Shown here piece after piece: positions 18,262 to 28,315 of a stretch of 64,000 bases of DNA. Under the pieces are notes generated by a model that saw only the letters and a list, made by a program, of their open reading frames with translations, was not told where the DNA came from and searched no databases. The stretch is from a bacterium. GTDB taxonomy: Bacteria; Zhuqueibacterota; Zhuqueibacteria; Residuimicrobiales; Krinioviventaceae. Within the stretch, counting starts at the first letter, position 1. Every line of letters starts with the position of its first letter. A program made the translations under genes and the position numbers. The DNA is taken from assembly GCA_963693055.1 (NCBI GenBank), contig OY843751.1, positions 6,432,001 through 6,496,000 on the forward strand, read 5' to 3'.

Positions 18262-19581
18262 TTAAACCAGAAACAGAGTCAAAAGTGAAATAACAGCAAT
18301 ACCAACACACCCCTGCGCCAGTGTTGCCAATGTATGCGCACGAAGAGCAGTAGAGGTATCCATATCCGAGAATTGTGAAACTACCCAGAAATAGCTATCG
18401 TTAGCGTGAGATACAGTCATGGCACCGGCACCAATAGCCAGTACAACCAGTGCTTTGCCTGCCGCTGCTGCCAGACCCAATGCTCCCAGCATTGGCGAAA
18501 CCAGTGCGGCTGTGGTTATGATGGCCACCGTCGATGATCCCTGTGCGGTTTTCAATACTGCCGCAATCACAAATGGCAGCAGAATGCCAATGTTCCATTG
18601 TGTCAAAGTTGTTCCCAGGGTATCTCCAATATTGGTGGCGCGCAAAATGGCTCCAAACGCACCTCCCGCACCGGTGATGAGAATGATGGTTCCTGCGCTT
18701 TTGAGTCCGTCACCCACCCAATCGAAGAGTTTGCCATCAGAATTATTTCTTTTCAGGATGAATGCCAGAAACACACCCAACAACAGCGCAATTACCGGAT
18801 GTCCTGTAAAGATGAGCAGGGATTGCAGTCCACCTGTTATGGGCGAACCCGGATAAGAGGCTACTGATCGCAAAGCGATCAAAATGATGGGTACCAACAG
18901 CGGAGCCAGTGAAGGCAAAAGCCCCGGCATTTTGTTTTCATCTAAAATCGGGGCGTCTGAATCGTGCGGGATGATGGAAAATCGTTTAGCATAAAATAAC
19001 GCCCATAGCAAACCCGCGGCTGCCGTGGGGATAGATACTATTAATCCCAGAATTAATACCAGACCTACATCCGCGCCAAGGGTTGCCGCAGCAGCCAGAG
19101 GACCCGGGGTTGGGGGGACAAACACATGGGTGGTATAGAGCCCTGTGCCCAGAGCAACGGCCAATACCGCCAGCGATATGCCCGTTCGTTTGCTGATGGC
19201 CCGGTTGAGTGTAGAGAGAATAACAAAGCCAGAATCGCAAAATACGGGTATGGAAACAACAAACCCGGTAATGCTCATTGCCAATGGAGAGCGCTTATCA
19301 CCGGTAATGGAAAGGATGGAGGACGCCAGCTTTTGCGCACTGCCGCTCTTTTCTAAAAAAGTACCAATGATGGTACCGAAAGCGATAACAATACCAATGC
19401 TCTTTAGCGTACCTCCGAACCCAGCGGTGAGTGTATCCATAATCTCGGTGGTGCTCAAGCCAGAAAGAAATCCCATGGCAATTGCCGCAATGAGCAATGA
19501 TAAAAATGGGTGCAGACTTAATTTTGTAGTAGACATAACTATAAAGACCATAATGAGAACAAGAAAAACCAGGGTCAGCAT
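18262..19581 (-). CDS. GntP-family sugar-acid permease
   Basis: LHPFLSL, VSIPVFCDSGFV, PPTPGPLAAA, KTAQGSSTVA, SHANDSYFWVV. Confidence 0.9.
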   Translation of the reverse strand: MLTLVFLVLIMVFIVMSTTKLSLHPFLSLLIAAIAMGFLSGLSTTEIMDTLTAGFGGTLKSIGIVIAFGTIIGTFLEKSGSAQKLASSILSITGDKRSPLAMSITGFVVSIPVFCDSGFVILSTLNRAISKRTGISLAVLAVALGTGLYTTHVFVPPTPGPLAAAATLGADVGLVLILGLIVSIPTAAAGLLWALFYAKRFSIIPHDSDAPILDENKMPGLLPSLAPLLVPIILIALRSVASYPGSPITGGLQSLLIFTGHPVIALLLGVFLAFILKRNNSDGKLFDWVGDGLKSAGTIILITGAGGAFGAILRATNIGDTLGTTLTQWNIGILLPFVIAAVLKTAQGSSTVAIITTAALVSPMLGALGLAAAAGKALVVLAIGAGAMTVSHANDSYFWVVSQFSDMDTSTALRAHTLATLAQGCVGIAVISLLTLFLV

Positions 19582-19602
19582 TTTGGCTCCTTTTTCAGGT
19601 TT

Positions 19603-20634
19603 TTAAACGGTGCGGTCATAATTCAGATTTTCATAATAGTCGAATCCGGTGCCCATTTTTTCTTTTAATGGTGCGGTAATGGATTCAATCTCTTCTATAA
19701 CATCCTCAAATATGGGTGGTTTTAAAGCATCCACATTGCTTTGCATTTGTTCCGCGTTACGAGCACCAATGAGAGCGCTTGTGACAGCAGGATTATGAAT
19801 TGCCCATTGTAAGGATAACGAAAGCAGAGATGAATTACTTGCGTCTGCCAGTTTAAACAGGTTTTGCAATGCAGTCTCTATTTCATCGTCAAAACCATTT
19901 TCGCCATGACGGCTCAGTTCATTCTTGCGGCTGTCAAAGTGACGGGTGCGGGTACGGATTGGGGGTACATCCTGAATGGATTTAAATTTTCCCGAGAGCA
20001 AACCCTGCATGAGCGTATTATAAGTGATAATACCTACTCCATTGTCCTGACAGAATTGTGCGGTATCATATTCAATGGCACGAGAGAACAGGTTATAGGG
20101 TAACTGGTTTACCGCGTATTTGACATTCATGTCATTAACCTTTTTCATATAAGGAATGCCATGGTTGCTGATCCCAATATGGCGGATCTTGCCATCTTGC
20201 TGCAGTTTGAGCAGAACAGCCAGCACGTCATCATAAGTGGGCTGTTTGTCCAAATGCCCTACAGTTTTTTCATTCAGGGGCCAATGAATCATGTAAATGT
20301 CCACATAATCCATGTTTAACCGCGTCAATGAATTTTCAAAATGTTCGGTAAGCATATCGGGATGGCTGTTTTGCGGCCAGACTTTGGTGCCAATAATGTA
20401 TTTGTCTCTGGCAACATCCCGTAGAGCGTGGCCCAGTGAAACTTCGCTGCGTCCATCGTTGTATCCTTCTGCCGTATCAAAATAGTTGATGCCGTTATCA
20501 ATTGCATTGTGTACAACAGCGTAAACATCGTTCTGGTCCTGCTGGCCCCAGTAATCTCCACCGCCGAATGACCAGCATCCAATTCCCAGGGCAGAGAGTT
20601 CAAGATCGGTGTTTCCACATTTTCTTAACTGCAT
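19603..20634 (-). CDS. Aldo/keto reductase
   Basis: LGIGCW, FDTAEGY, IGTK, YMIHWP, IGISN, QLPYNL; likely start MQLRKCG. Confidence 0.9.
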   Translation of the reverse strand: MQLRKCGNTDLELSALGIGCWSFGGGDYWGQQDQNDVYAVVHNAIDNGINYFDTAEGYNDGRSEVSLGHALRDVARDKYIIGTKVWPQNSHPDMLTEHFENSLTRLNMDYVDIYMIHWPLNEKTVGHLDKQPTYDDVLAVLLKLQQDGKIRHIGISNHGIPYMKKVNDMNVKYAVNQLPYNLFSRAIEYDTAQFCQDNGVGIITYNTLMQGLLSGKFKSIQDVPPIRTRTRHFDSRKNELSRHGENGFDDEIETALQNLFKLADASNSSLLSLSLQWAIHNPAVTSALIGARNAEQMQSNVDALKPPIFEDVIEEIESITAPLKEKMGTGFDYYENLNYDRTV

Positions 20635-20635
20635 A

Positions 20636-21289
20636 TTAAAATTCCTGTAATGGTTTGAGTGTAATATTTTTAAAAGCGGCTTTTGTCCAGAATGAAGCAA
20701 GCCCCAAAGGACACGAATCTTTAACTTCATCCCTTATACCAATTGCTTTGCCTGTCGTTTCCGTATCTACAATTTCCTTGTCATCCAGCCAGGCTTGAAT
20801 ATTGTTCTCGGTAACACGTAAACGGATGTGATACCATTTTTTATTTTCAAACATAAATGCATTTGTGGTTTCGTTCTCGGCGGCATCCTCTCCGTTAATG
20901 CTTGAAAGTCCCAAGGTGTATCCACCCCAGCCACCCAGAATCAGGCTGCAATGAGAATCGTTATAGGGAAATGTGAGTCCTAAAAAGAAATCACTACCAT
21001 CAAGTCTTACGGCATCCAGCTCTATTTCATAATTTTGCCGGATGAGAGGCCCGTACCAGGTGACTCCTGAGAGATAACCACCCATTTCAAGGACGATGGA
21101 ACTGTCCTGTACATAGATATCTCCATTATATAAAAAGTCACTGATCTTCCAGTAACCCAGTTTTTCTCCGTCAAACAGAGAGACTTTTTCGCCCGGTTTA
21201 TAAAAGTCTTCCGGTGCGATTTGAGGTAATTGTGAAGCACAGGAGAACAAAGTCAGTGTAAAAAGCAGGGTAAGAATTGGTTTTGTCAT
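20636..21289 (-). CDS. DUF1080 (3-keto-disaccharide hydrolase-like) lipoprotein
   Basis: Lipobox FSC; SLFDG..L..W; GSDFFLGLTFP; LGGWGG. Confidence 0.75.
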   Translation of the reverse strand: MTKPILTLLFTLTLFSCASQLPQIAPEDFYKPGEKVSLFDGEKLGYWKISDFLYNGDIYVQDSSIVLEMGGYLSGVTWYGPLIRQNYEIELDAVRLDGSDFFLGLTFPYNDSHCSLILGGWGGYTLGLSSINGEDAAENETTNAFMFENKKWYHIRLRVTENNIQAWLDDKEIVDTETTGKAIGIRDEVKDSCPLGLASFWTKAAFKNITLKPLQEF

Positions 21290-21302
21290 GTAATTCTCTT
21301 GG

Positions 21303-22847
21303 TTATTGAGTTACCGCTGTTTCATTTGCATTGTTGCTAAATTTTATAGGTGTTTTGCTGTATCTTAAATGGTTATTAAGCAAGGTTATGTTTTTTGTGC
21401 TGCTGTCAGAAATTTCCAGAAAAATATCTGTGTCTTTTGCTGCACGGCAATCTCTGATTAGAGCAGTTTCAATCCTGTCCAATATCATGACCGGTATGGC
21501 AGATAAAGGTTTTCTGCTGGTTACATTGTCCAGTTCAAGGTCGGTAGATGCTTTTACCGTCAAGGCCGGACCTTTTTTGACATTGATTTCTACATCCCGC
21601 AAGGTTAGATTGTCGGTAAAGCTGGCTTCCAGGCCGATTTCCGCATCAAGATACACATCAGACAATACAACGCCGTACATGGGGGCTTCGGGCAGGCCCC
21701 AAATCTCACCGGCTTTTTTAATGTTGGTGCCAGTAATATGGCTGTAACGGATATTACGAAAATGGGGAGTAGTCTCATCCACAGGTAATGCAATTTCATC
21801 TTTGCTGCCGTAAAACATATCCAGTGAAATACCGGTACCCACATTTTCCATAATGATATTGCTGGCGCGGATGTTCTCCACCACATTGCCGCGACCTCTG
21901 GCGGATTTGACCCGTAATCCCCGATACGTATCTTTGAACACACAATTACTGATGGTCACATTGCGTACGCCGCCGGAAGTCTCACTGCCAATACCAATGG
22001 CACTACGGCCATGTTTGAACGTACAGTTTGCAATGACGATATTTTCGCAGGGAATATTGACCCGTCGGCCATCCTTGTTATAACCGGATTTGATGGTGAT
22101 ACAGTCATCTCCACAGTCCACAAAACAGTTGAAAATACGAACATTGTTACACGATTCCGGATTAATACCATCTGTATTGGGTGATTCGTAGGGTTGGATG
22201 ATGGAAATATTTTCTATAGTAACATTTTCACAATACACGGGATGCACTGTCCATGATGGTGAGTCGAGCAGGGTAATATCGCGAATTAATACATTTTTAC
22301 AGTTATAGAGATTGATCATACGGGGTCTTGCCCACTTTAATGGCGAATCGGGTGGATTATCCTGTTCGCGTTCGGTAATGCCCGCTTTTTTGCGCATTTC
22401 ACTGTTGATTTGATGCGCGTCCCACCATACTTGTCCATTGCCATTCAGGGTACCCCTGCCGGTTATGGAAATATTTTCAAGATTGTGACCGGTAATCAAT
22501 GATGAATGGATGGTGCGTTCTATGCCCGCGTAACGTCCTTCAACCGGGGGATAGTGGTCAAAGTTCTCGCTGCCTTGCAGTACCGCGCCTGTCATGATCT
22601 CCAGGTTGACATTACTTTTCATAAATAATGCGCCAGTGAGATACTTACCAGGAGGAACAATCACTTTGCCACCGGTTTTTGTGCAGGCGTCTATTGCTTT
22701 TTGAATGGACTGCGTGTTCAACGTTGTACCGTCACCTTTGGCACCAAAATCCGTTATATCATAAACGCCAATGGAAGCCCAGACCAGAGAGTGATACAGT
22801 AGCGTTATTGTTATTAAAAGGATTCTTTGCATTGCCTGTTTCCTCAA
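21303..22847 (-). CDS. GH28 polygalacturonase-family protein
   Basis: DFGAKGDG, NTDGINP, GDDCITIKSG, IGSETSGG, GLRVKS. Confidence 0.92.
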   Translation of the reverse strand: MRKQAMQRILLITITLLYHSLVWASIGVYDITDFGAKGDGTTLNTQSIQKAIDACTKTGGKVIVPPGKYLTGALFMKSNVNLEIMTGAVLQGSENFDHYPPVEGRYAGIERTIHSSLITGHNLENISITGRGTLNGNGQVWWDAHQINSEMRKKAGITEREQDNPPDSPLKWARPRMINLYNCKNVLIRDITLLDSPSWTVHPVYCENVTIENISIIQPYESPNTDGINPESCNNVRIFNCFVDCGDDCITIKSGYNKDGRRVNIPCENIVIANCTFKHGRSAIGIGSETSGGVRNVTISNCVFKDTYRGLRVKSARGRGNVVENIRASNIIMENVGTGISLDMFYGSKDEIALPVDETTPHFRNIRYSHITGTNIKKAGEIWGLPEAPMYGVVLSDVYLDAEIGLEASFTDNLTLRDVEINVKKGPALTVKASTDLELDNVTSRKPLSAIPVMILDRIETALIRDCRAAKDTDIFLEISDSSTKNITLLNNHLRYSKTPIKFSNNANETAVTQ

Positions 22848-24013
22848 TTATTCATATCAATTTTGACTGAATATACTTGTGGTGAACCGGATTTGTCTGT
22901 GCTGAACAGAACCCGGCTGCCATCCGGGCTGAAATGGGGGTGCGGATGTGAGGGCTGGCCGTTCCAGCTTGAATCGTGACGAAACAGGGGGCGGGTCTCT
23001 GAAATTTTACGATCATTAATGGTGAACAAGGTCAGTACCATACCATCGTTAACATCTGCTACCCAGTGACGTCCGTCTTTGAACATTTGTGAGTGAGCGT
23101 ATTTGACTGGGGCTTCCATCAGGTAAGCATCGCTGCCATTGGGGGCGCAAGATCCAAGAAACTCTTTACCCTTGTTGGGCCCAAACTTGTAGCGGGCAGA
23201 ATAGCCCATACGTGAGCCGTCCGGGAACCAGAACTCGTGCGTGCGGTGAATGCCAAATTCCTGTGGTCCCACGGGGCCACCGTCCGTACCATCAATATTG
23301 ATCCACCAGACACGGAGGGGGGTAGCACCTCGGGTGCCGGGGTAATCTCCGTTTTTGTACAGATGCTGCCAGCAATAGGAAACGATTTTAGGATTTGTTG
23401 GATTGGCCTGCAAATGCCCGATTACAAAACCATAATCCGGAGAGATTTGAACTGTTTCTCCGGTCTCTGTACTAATTTTTATGATAGCAAAAGGTCCCAG
23501 TTGCATGGGAGATGCGTTGGGATTTGATTTGGATTTGTCGATAGTGGTAACAATCCATTTACCGTCGCAGGTAATGGTCATAGAGCGTGGGGGACCCGGT
23601 AATTCTTTGACGGTTTTTGCTTCATAGGTTTTTGTATTCAGGGCTTTGATGGTATTGCCGGTAACGATCCAGGCAGTATTTAGATTGGGCCAATGCCAGA
23701 TGTTGGTGCTCAGATCTTTTTCATCTGTCATTTGTACCATTTCACCGCTTTGCAGATCAAGATTGTATAATTGCAAAGAGCCACTGCGTTCTGAAAATAT
23801 AATTGCATGGTCGTTATTGATAAAAGATTCAATGTTGAAATAGAGGTGCCAACTCCTTGCATCATGTTGTGTATATTGGGTTATTTCACAACCAAATTCT
23901 GGATCTGTCCAGATCTTTATTTCAGAAGGCCAAACTTTACCAACGTCCGAAGCGTATCCCGGAATGGAGTAAAGAATAATGAAAATCCCCCAAAATAACG
24001 TTTTCAGTTGCAT
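22844..24013 (-). CDS. Oligogalacturonate lyase (PL22)-like beta-propeller
   Basis: HLYF, FSERSG, GHLQANP, THEFW and HPHPHFSPDG motifs; pectin-degradation context. Confidence 0.75.
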   Translation of the reverse strand: MQLKTLFWGIFIILYSIPGYASDVGKVWPSEIKIWTDPEFGCEITQYTQHDARSWHLYFNIESFINNDHAIIFSERSGSLQLYNLDLQSGEMVQMTDEKDLSTNIWHWPNLNTAWIVTGNTIKALNTKTYEAKTVKELPGPPRSMTITCDGKWIVTTIDKSKSNPNASPMQLGPFAIIKISTETGETVQISPDYGFVIGHLQANPTNPKIVSYCWQHLYKNGDYPGTRGATPLRVWWINIDGTDGGPVGPQEFGIHRTHEFWFPDGSRMGYSARYKFGPNKGKEFLGSCAPNGSDAYLMEAPVKYAHSQMFKDGRHWVADVNDGMVLTLFTINDRKISETRPLFRHDSSWNGQPSHPHPHFSPDGSRVLFSTDKSGSPQVYSVKIDMNN

Positions 24014-24061
24014 AAGTCTCCCGCAAAGCGTTGTCTGAAAATGGCATTATGACAAAATTTC

Positions 24062-24104
24062 AAAAAATAATACCGGGTCCTGAATTAAGACCAGAGGACC
24101 CGGT
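24062..24104 (-). terminator. Probable terminator
   Basis: ACCGGGTCCT...AGGACCCGGT stem downstream of 24123..25583. Confidence 0.5.
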
Positions 24105-24122
24105 TAAGAACAATAAGGGAAA

Positions 24123-25583
24123 TCAAACCTTTTTAGGAACAACAAAGGGTTTTCTATATTTTCTGGTGAGGTATTTATTGGCTTTACGTGCATGTTTACC
24201 TTTAAATTCCTCATCATTATTATCGACTGTTAACCAGGGACCGCTGGTGATAGGTGTGGTAGAAAGGTCTATCTCGTTTTTCTCAAGATGTGTGGTAATG
24301 CTTTTCAATGTTTCCAGATCATGTTTGTAATTGGGAAGCATTTCACGAATTTCTTCGGGTGAAGCATCTTTGCCGGTGCGGTATGAAGCGTTTGCCATGT
24401 GGCATAAAGAGCTCGAGTAATGGCATTCTTCAACTTCGGCATGTAAAATTTTTCTGTCTCGGTTTCTAACGGCTTCAATAAAGTTTTCAAAGTGCTTTTC
24501 GCCACCGTCACCGGGGAATTGTTTTTGTTTCTTGTTGTCATTTCCATAAACCCAGCCGCCGCCGCGACCGCCGGCAAAATAACCGTTTTCGCACTGGATG
24601 ATGTTACCCATGCGCACACCCCGTAAATGGTCCATAGCTCTTACACCAGCTGACATTGGAAGGCCGCGTAGTTCAATAATTATGGGTACCTCATCATAAT
24701 CAAAAAGTGCAAATTGGGTATTGGGTGTTTGTGCATTGTCGTCAACAACAAAACGACCGCCAAAGCTCATAATACGTTTGGGAAATCCCTGAACTCCGGA
24801 TGCAAAACGGCAGTCATCTATCTGGTGCACACCCAGGTTGCCCATATCTCCGTTACCGGTGTTCCAGAACCAGTGCCAGTCATAATGAAGATTGGGACGC
24901 ATGAGTGGATCCATAGGAGCAGGACCACACCACAGATTATAATCAACAGTTGCTGGAATGGGTTGAGGCTCGGTGACTTTACCAATGCCGGGACGTTCTT
25001 TGTACCATAATCCGTGTATCCATTTGATCTTGCCCAGGTTGCCTTCCTGAATGTACTGGACGGCATCGCGAAAGCCAATATCTGAACGGTTTTGAGTTCC
25101 GGCTTGCACAATTTTGTCGTATTTACGAGCAGCTTTGACCAGCTGGCGACCTTCCCATACATTGTGGGAGATGGGTTTTTCTACATATACATCTTTGCCT
25201 GCCTGACACGCCCAAATGGCAAGTAAAGAATGCCAATGGTTGGGTGTAGCGATCATGACAGCATCTATATCTTTATCGTCAAGCAGTTCGCGGGCATCAC
25301 GATAAGTTTTAACATTCTCTCCCAGATCTTTGGCGATTTGTGCTTCACGGTCCAGAATGTCCTGGTCTACATCACATAGAGCAACAATACGAACGCCGGG
25401 TATTTTTCTAAACATCTCTGTATCTTGTTTGCCTTTAGACCGAAGCCCAATCATACCCATACGTATATCACTGTTGGCCCCCAGTACCTTTGAATCATTG
25501 AGGAGAACATTGCCGGCCAGTGCCAAAGAAGCTCCTCCTGCTAGTGTTTTTTGAATAAAATCTCTTCTGGTAATGGAACTCAT
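24123..25583 (-). CDS. Tat-exported Gfo/Idh/MocA oxidoreductase
   Basis: TRRDFI Tat signal; ATPNHWH, DVYVEKP, GTQNRS, GDMGNLGVHQID. Confidence 0.9.
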   Translation of the reverse strand: MSSITRRDFIQKTLAGGASLALAGNVLLNDSKVLGANSDIRMGMIGLRSKGKQDTEMFRKIPGVRIVALCDVDQDILDREAQIAKDLGENVKTYRDARELLDDKDIDAVMIATPNHWHSLLAIWACQAGKDVYVEKPISHNVWEGRQLVKAARKYDKIVQAGTQNRSDIGFRDAVQYIQEGNLGKIKWIHGLWYKERPGIGKVTEPQPIPATVDYNLWCGPAPMDPLMRPNLHYDWHWFWNTGNGDMGNLGVHQIDDCRFASGVQGFPKRIMSFGGRFVVDDNAQTPNTQFALFDYDEVPIIIELRGLPMSAGVRAMDHLRGVRMGNIIQCENGYFAGGRGGGWVYGNDNKKQKQFPGDGGEKHFENFIEAVRNRDRKILHAEVEECHYSSSLCHMANASYRTGKDASPEEIREMLPNYKHDLETLKSITTHLEKNEIDLSTTPITSGPWLTVDNNDEEFKGKHARKANKYLTRKYRKPFVVPKKV

Positions 25584-25769
25584 ATATACCTCACTTTCAA
25601 AAGTTGAATATTTTAATATATAAAAAGAGATTCACAAATCAAGAAGCATTATTTTTTGCAAGTCGGTTGAGTATATCAGTTTTTAAAAATAATAGTTGTA
25701 ACTTATTGTTTTTGTTGAAAGTGAACTTGTGAATCCAAAGTGTTCCAAAATGTTAAAAATTGTAAATAT

Positions 25770-27389
25770 TTAATTTGTTTCAATTTCATATAATGTCATA
25801 CTATGGCGCGGAATACTAAAATTGAAAAGCAGATTTTTGTTTTTAATTTGTACAGTATTTGTTTCTTTAACAGTCAATTCAGCAATATGAGTTAATTGAT
25901 CAATTTGTTCAATAGTAAACGTTGTCGGGCTACCCATTTGCTGCCAGGCCCGGTATGTATTGTGCGAATCTCTATCCATTTTATACGCTCGGATTGTTGC
26001 AGATGTCCCTTCCAATTTATCAAGAGTAATGGAAAGACGGTCTTGAATAGATAGATCTGTATCTGTTTCATTATAATTGTAAACGATGAATTGCAGGTGT
26101 TTGTTGCATTTTTTTGCAGCAAGTACGCCCAGTCGTCCACCTGGTTTTGGACCGGTTACTTTTAATCTTTGATTGCCCAGTTTTGCAAGCATTTCGTATC
26201 CGGTTAGAATGGGCTTGGGAATGTTTCCGGCTGTGGTCAATTCCCGGTTACCGTTAAAGGGGATGTTTAACTCTGCCTCCCAATTAAACCCCCAATACAG
26301 CAGCAGCCGGGTTTCGAAATTATGATCATCCCGAATGGCAAACATGCAATCTATCATTTTGGTTAAAAACAATGCGGAAGCTTCGCTGTTTCTGTATTCC
26401 AACTCGGGATGTCTGCTAACGGTCCGTTGAAAATGTGAAGACATGCCCCACTCGTTTAGATGAAATTCAACATCCTTTAATTCAGGATATTTGTTAACCA
26501 GGCGTTGGAGCCATAAAATTTGCTGATTAAAGCGGTTCACGGATGGATACAATAGAGGAGATTTTTCCAACCAGGAACCCGAAAGTCCATATATGTGATA
26601 TGAAAAGAAATCTATGGGAGAACCGACTTGGCCGGTTACATAGTTGGTCCCATGGGTTACATGGTCAAAGAATTCTTTTAAAAAAGATAAATGAAAACAA
26701 CCCGGTCCACCAACTTTGTATTCCGGATCAAAGGATTTAATAACGTGAGAGAAAACATCATACAGTCTGAAAAAAACATCAATATGTTCATGCGGCCAAT
26801 TGTCGGGCTCGTTCCAAACTTCAAAATACCAGGTACGTAGTTCCTTTTGGCCAAATTCCTGGGTCAGGTTTTGCATAAACTTTTGCAGCAGTGTTTCCCA
26901 TTCCTGCCAGTCTCTGGGAGCACCCACTTTGAAGCCAAAGCCTTCATCGTTAATATTCATTTCAAAATCAGCAGACATGCCATCAGGGAAAAAGTCAAAT
27001 TCCACAATCGGTTTGATGCCATTTTTTACATATTGGTGAAATGTCTGGTTAATGATAGAAAAATCATAGTGGATGTTACCTTTGTCGTCAATGATGGCAA
27101 CATTACCACCGATAGGGCCTCCGGCAGCCTTGTCCAACTTTACTTTATTGCTGAATGTATAATGCGTACGCATATAGCGCATGGATTGGTGCTCGTTGAA
27201 CCGTTTCAGCAGTTCCTGGCCCATGGGTCGATTTACAAGGCGGAATAAAAAGTCCTGACCGCAAGCTTGCCAGAATTTTGTGTTCGGCCCTGAAATTTCT
27301 TTAGAATCTATAGTAAACGAAGCATCCAGTGCAAGTAATGTCACTGGAAGAATTAGAATGAATATGATGAGTGCTTTACGTAAACGCAT
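25770..27389 (-). CDS. GH39 family glycosidase (beta-xylosidase/iduronidase-like)
   Basis: WYFEVWNEPD (acid/base), DFFSYHIY, HLNEWG (nucleophile), IPKPI. Confidence 0.85.
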   Translation of the reverse strand: MRLRKALIIFILILPVTLLALDASFTIDSKEISGPNTKFWQACGQDFLFRLVNRPMGQELLKRFNEHQSMRYMRTHYTFSNKVKLDKAAGGPIGGNVAIIDDKGNIHYDFSIINQTFHQYVKNGIKPIVEFDFFPDGMSADFEMNINDEGFGFKVGAPRDWQEWETLLQKFMQNLTQEFGQKELRTWYFEVWNEPDNWPHEHIDVFFRLYDVFSHVIKSFDPEYKVGGPGCFHLSFLKEFFDHVTHGTNYVTGQVGSPIDFFSYHIYGLSGSWLEKSPLLYPSVNRFNQQILWLQRLVNKYPELKDVEFHLNEWGMSSHFQRTVSRHPELEYRNSEASALFLTKMIDCMFAIRDDHNFETRLLLYWGFNWEAELNIPFNGNRELTTAGNIPKPILTGYEMLAKLGNQRLKVTGPKPGGRLGVLAAKKCNKHLQFIVYNYNETDTDLSIQDRLSITLDKLEGTSATIRAYKMDRDSHNTYRAWQQMGSPTTFTIEQIDQLTHIAELTVKETNTVQIKNKNLLFNFSIPRHSMTLYEIETN

Positions 27390-27410
27390 GTGTTCTCCCG
27401 GATATGCAGA

Positions 27411-27440
27411 AAAACCCGGTTGAATATTCAACCGGGTTTT
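27411..27440. terminator. Perfect 30-bp palindrome, probable terminator
   Basis: AAAACCCGGTTGAAT ATTCAACCGGGTTTT, just after the stop of 27450..28148. Confidence 0.65.
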
Positions 27441-27449
27441 ATATAATTA

Positions 27450-28148
27450 TTAGAATGGACGAATTTTAATGTTACGATAAGAAACCGTGTCTCCATGGTC
27501 CTGAAGCAGAATGTGACCGGTTTTGAATGTAGCAAAATCCGTTTTATCTTTAAATTTACTATGCAAGATCAATTGGCGGAAACAGGGACAGAAACGATCA
27601 TATTTAACAACCAGCTTGCCATTCAACCAATGTTCTACGTGACCACCATCCACAAGAATGCGGACGCTGTTCCATTCCCCAATGGGGTTGAGTTCACGAT
27701 TTTGTGCGGGAATCAGATCATACAATGAACCAAACTGACGGTTGTTGTTTACTCCCAGTTTTGCATCGGGGTGTACATCATCATCCAATACCTGGAATTC
27801 ACAACCAACGCCATTACCTTCCTGGATAAAGTATTTAATTCCGCTGTTGGCACCTTTGGTTAATTTAACATCAAGTGTTAATTCGAAATTTTCAAAAGCT
27901 TCAGTTGTAATAATATCTCCACCGCGCTCTTTTGAGAGTACAGAAAGTATTCCATCTTTAATTTCCCAGCCTTTATCTGGAAAGCCTTTACCCCGGTTAC
28001 TTTTCCAACCTGTACTTGTTTTGCCATCGAACAACAATTTCCAACCCTGCGCTTTTTCTGTTGAACAAAGCTGATTGTCGGTCTGGGCAAATGTCATAGA
28101 GACCAATGTCATGACTACAAGACACACAAAAACGGTCAGGTTTTTCAT
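27450..28148 (-). CDS. DUF1080 (3-keto-disaccharide hydrolase) protein
   Basis: GWKLLFDGK, GANSGIKY, EFQVLDD, GSLYDLI, GHILLQDHG..V.YRNIKIR. Confidence 0.9.
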   Translation of the reverse strand: MKNLTVFVCLVVMTLVSMTFAQTDNQLCSTEKAQGWKLLFDGKTSTGWKSNRGKGFPDKGWEIKDGILSVLSKERGGDIITTEAFENFELTLDVKLTKGANSGIKYFIQEGNGVGCEFQVLDDDVHPDAKLGVNNNRQFGSLYDLIPAQNRELNPIGEWNSVRILVDGGHVEHWLNGKLVVKYDRFCPCFRQLILHSKFKDKTDFATFKTGHILLQDHGDTVSYRNIKIRPF

Positions 28149-28315
28149 ATAAAACTCCTCATAAAAAAGTATGATTTTGCAACAACTCTACCCGTGAACA
28201 GAAAACTTTCTGTCAGTTATTGCTTTTATCTTTTTCCCAATATACAAAAAAAAAGGCCTGAACCAAAGAAAAATATGAACCGGTTCAAGCCATTGTATTT
28301 TATTTGGTTTATGAA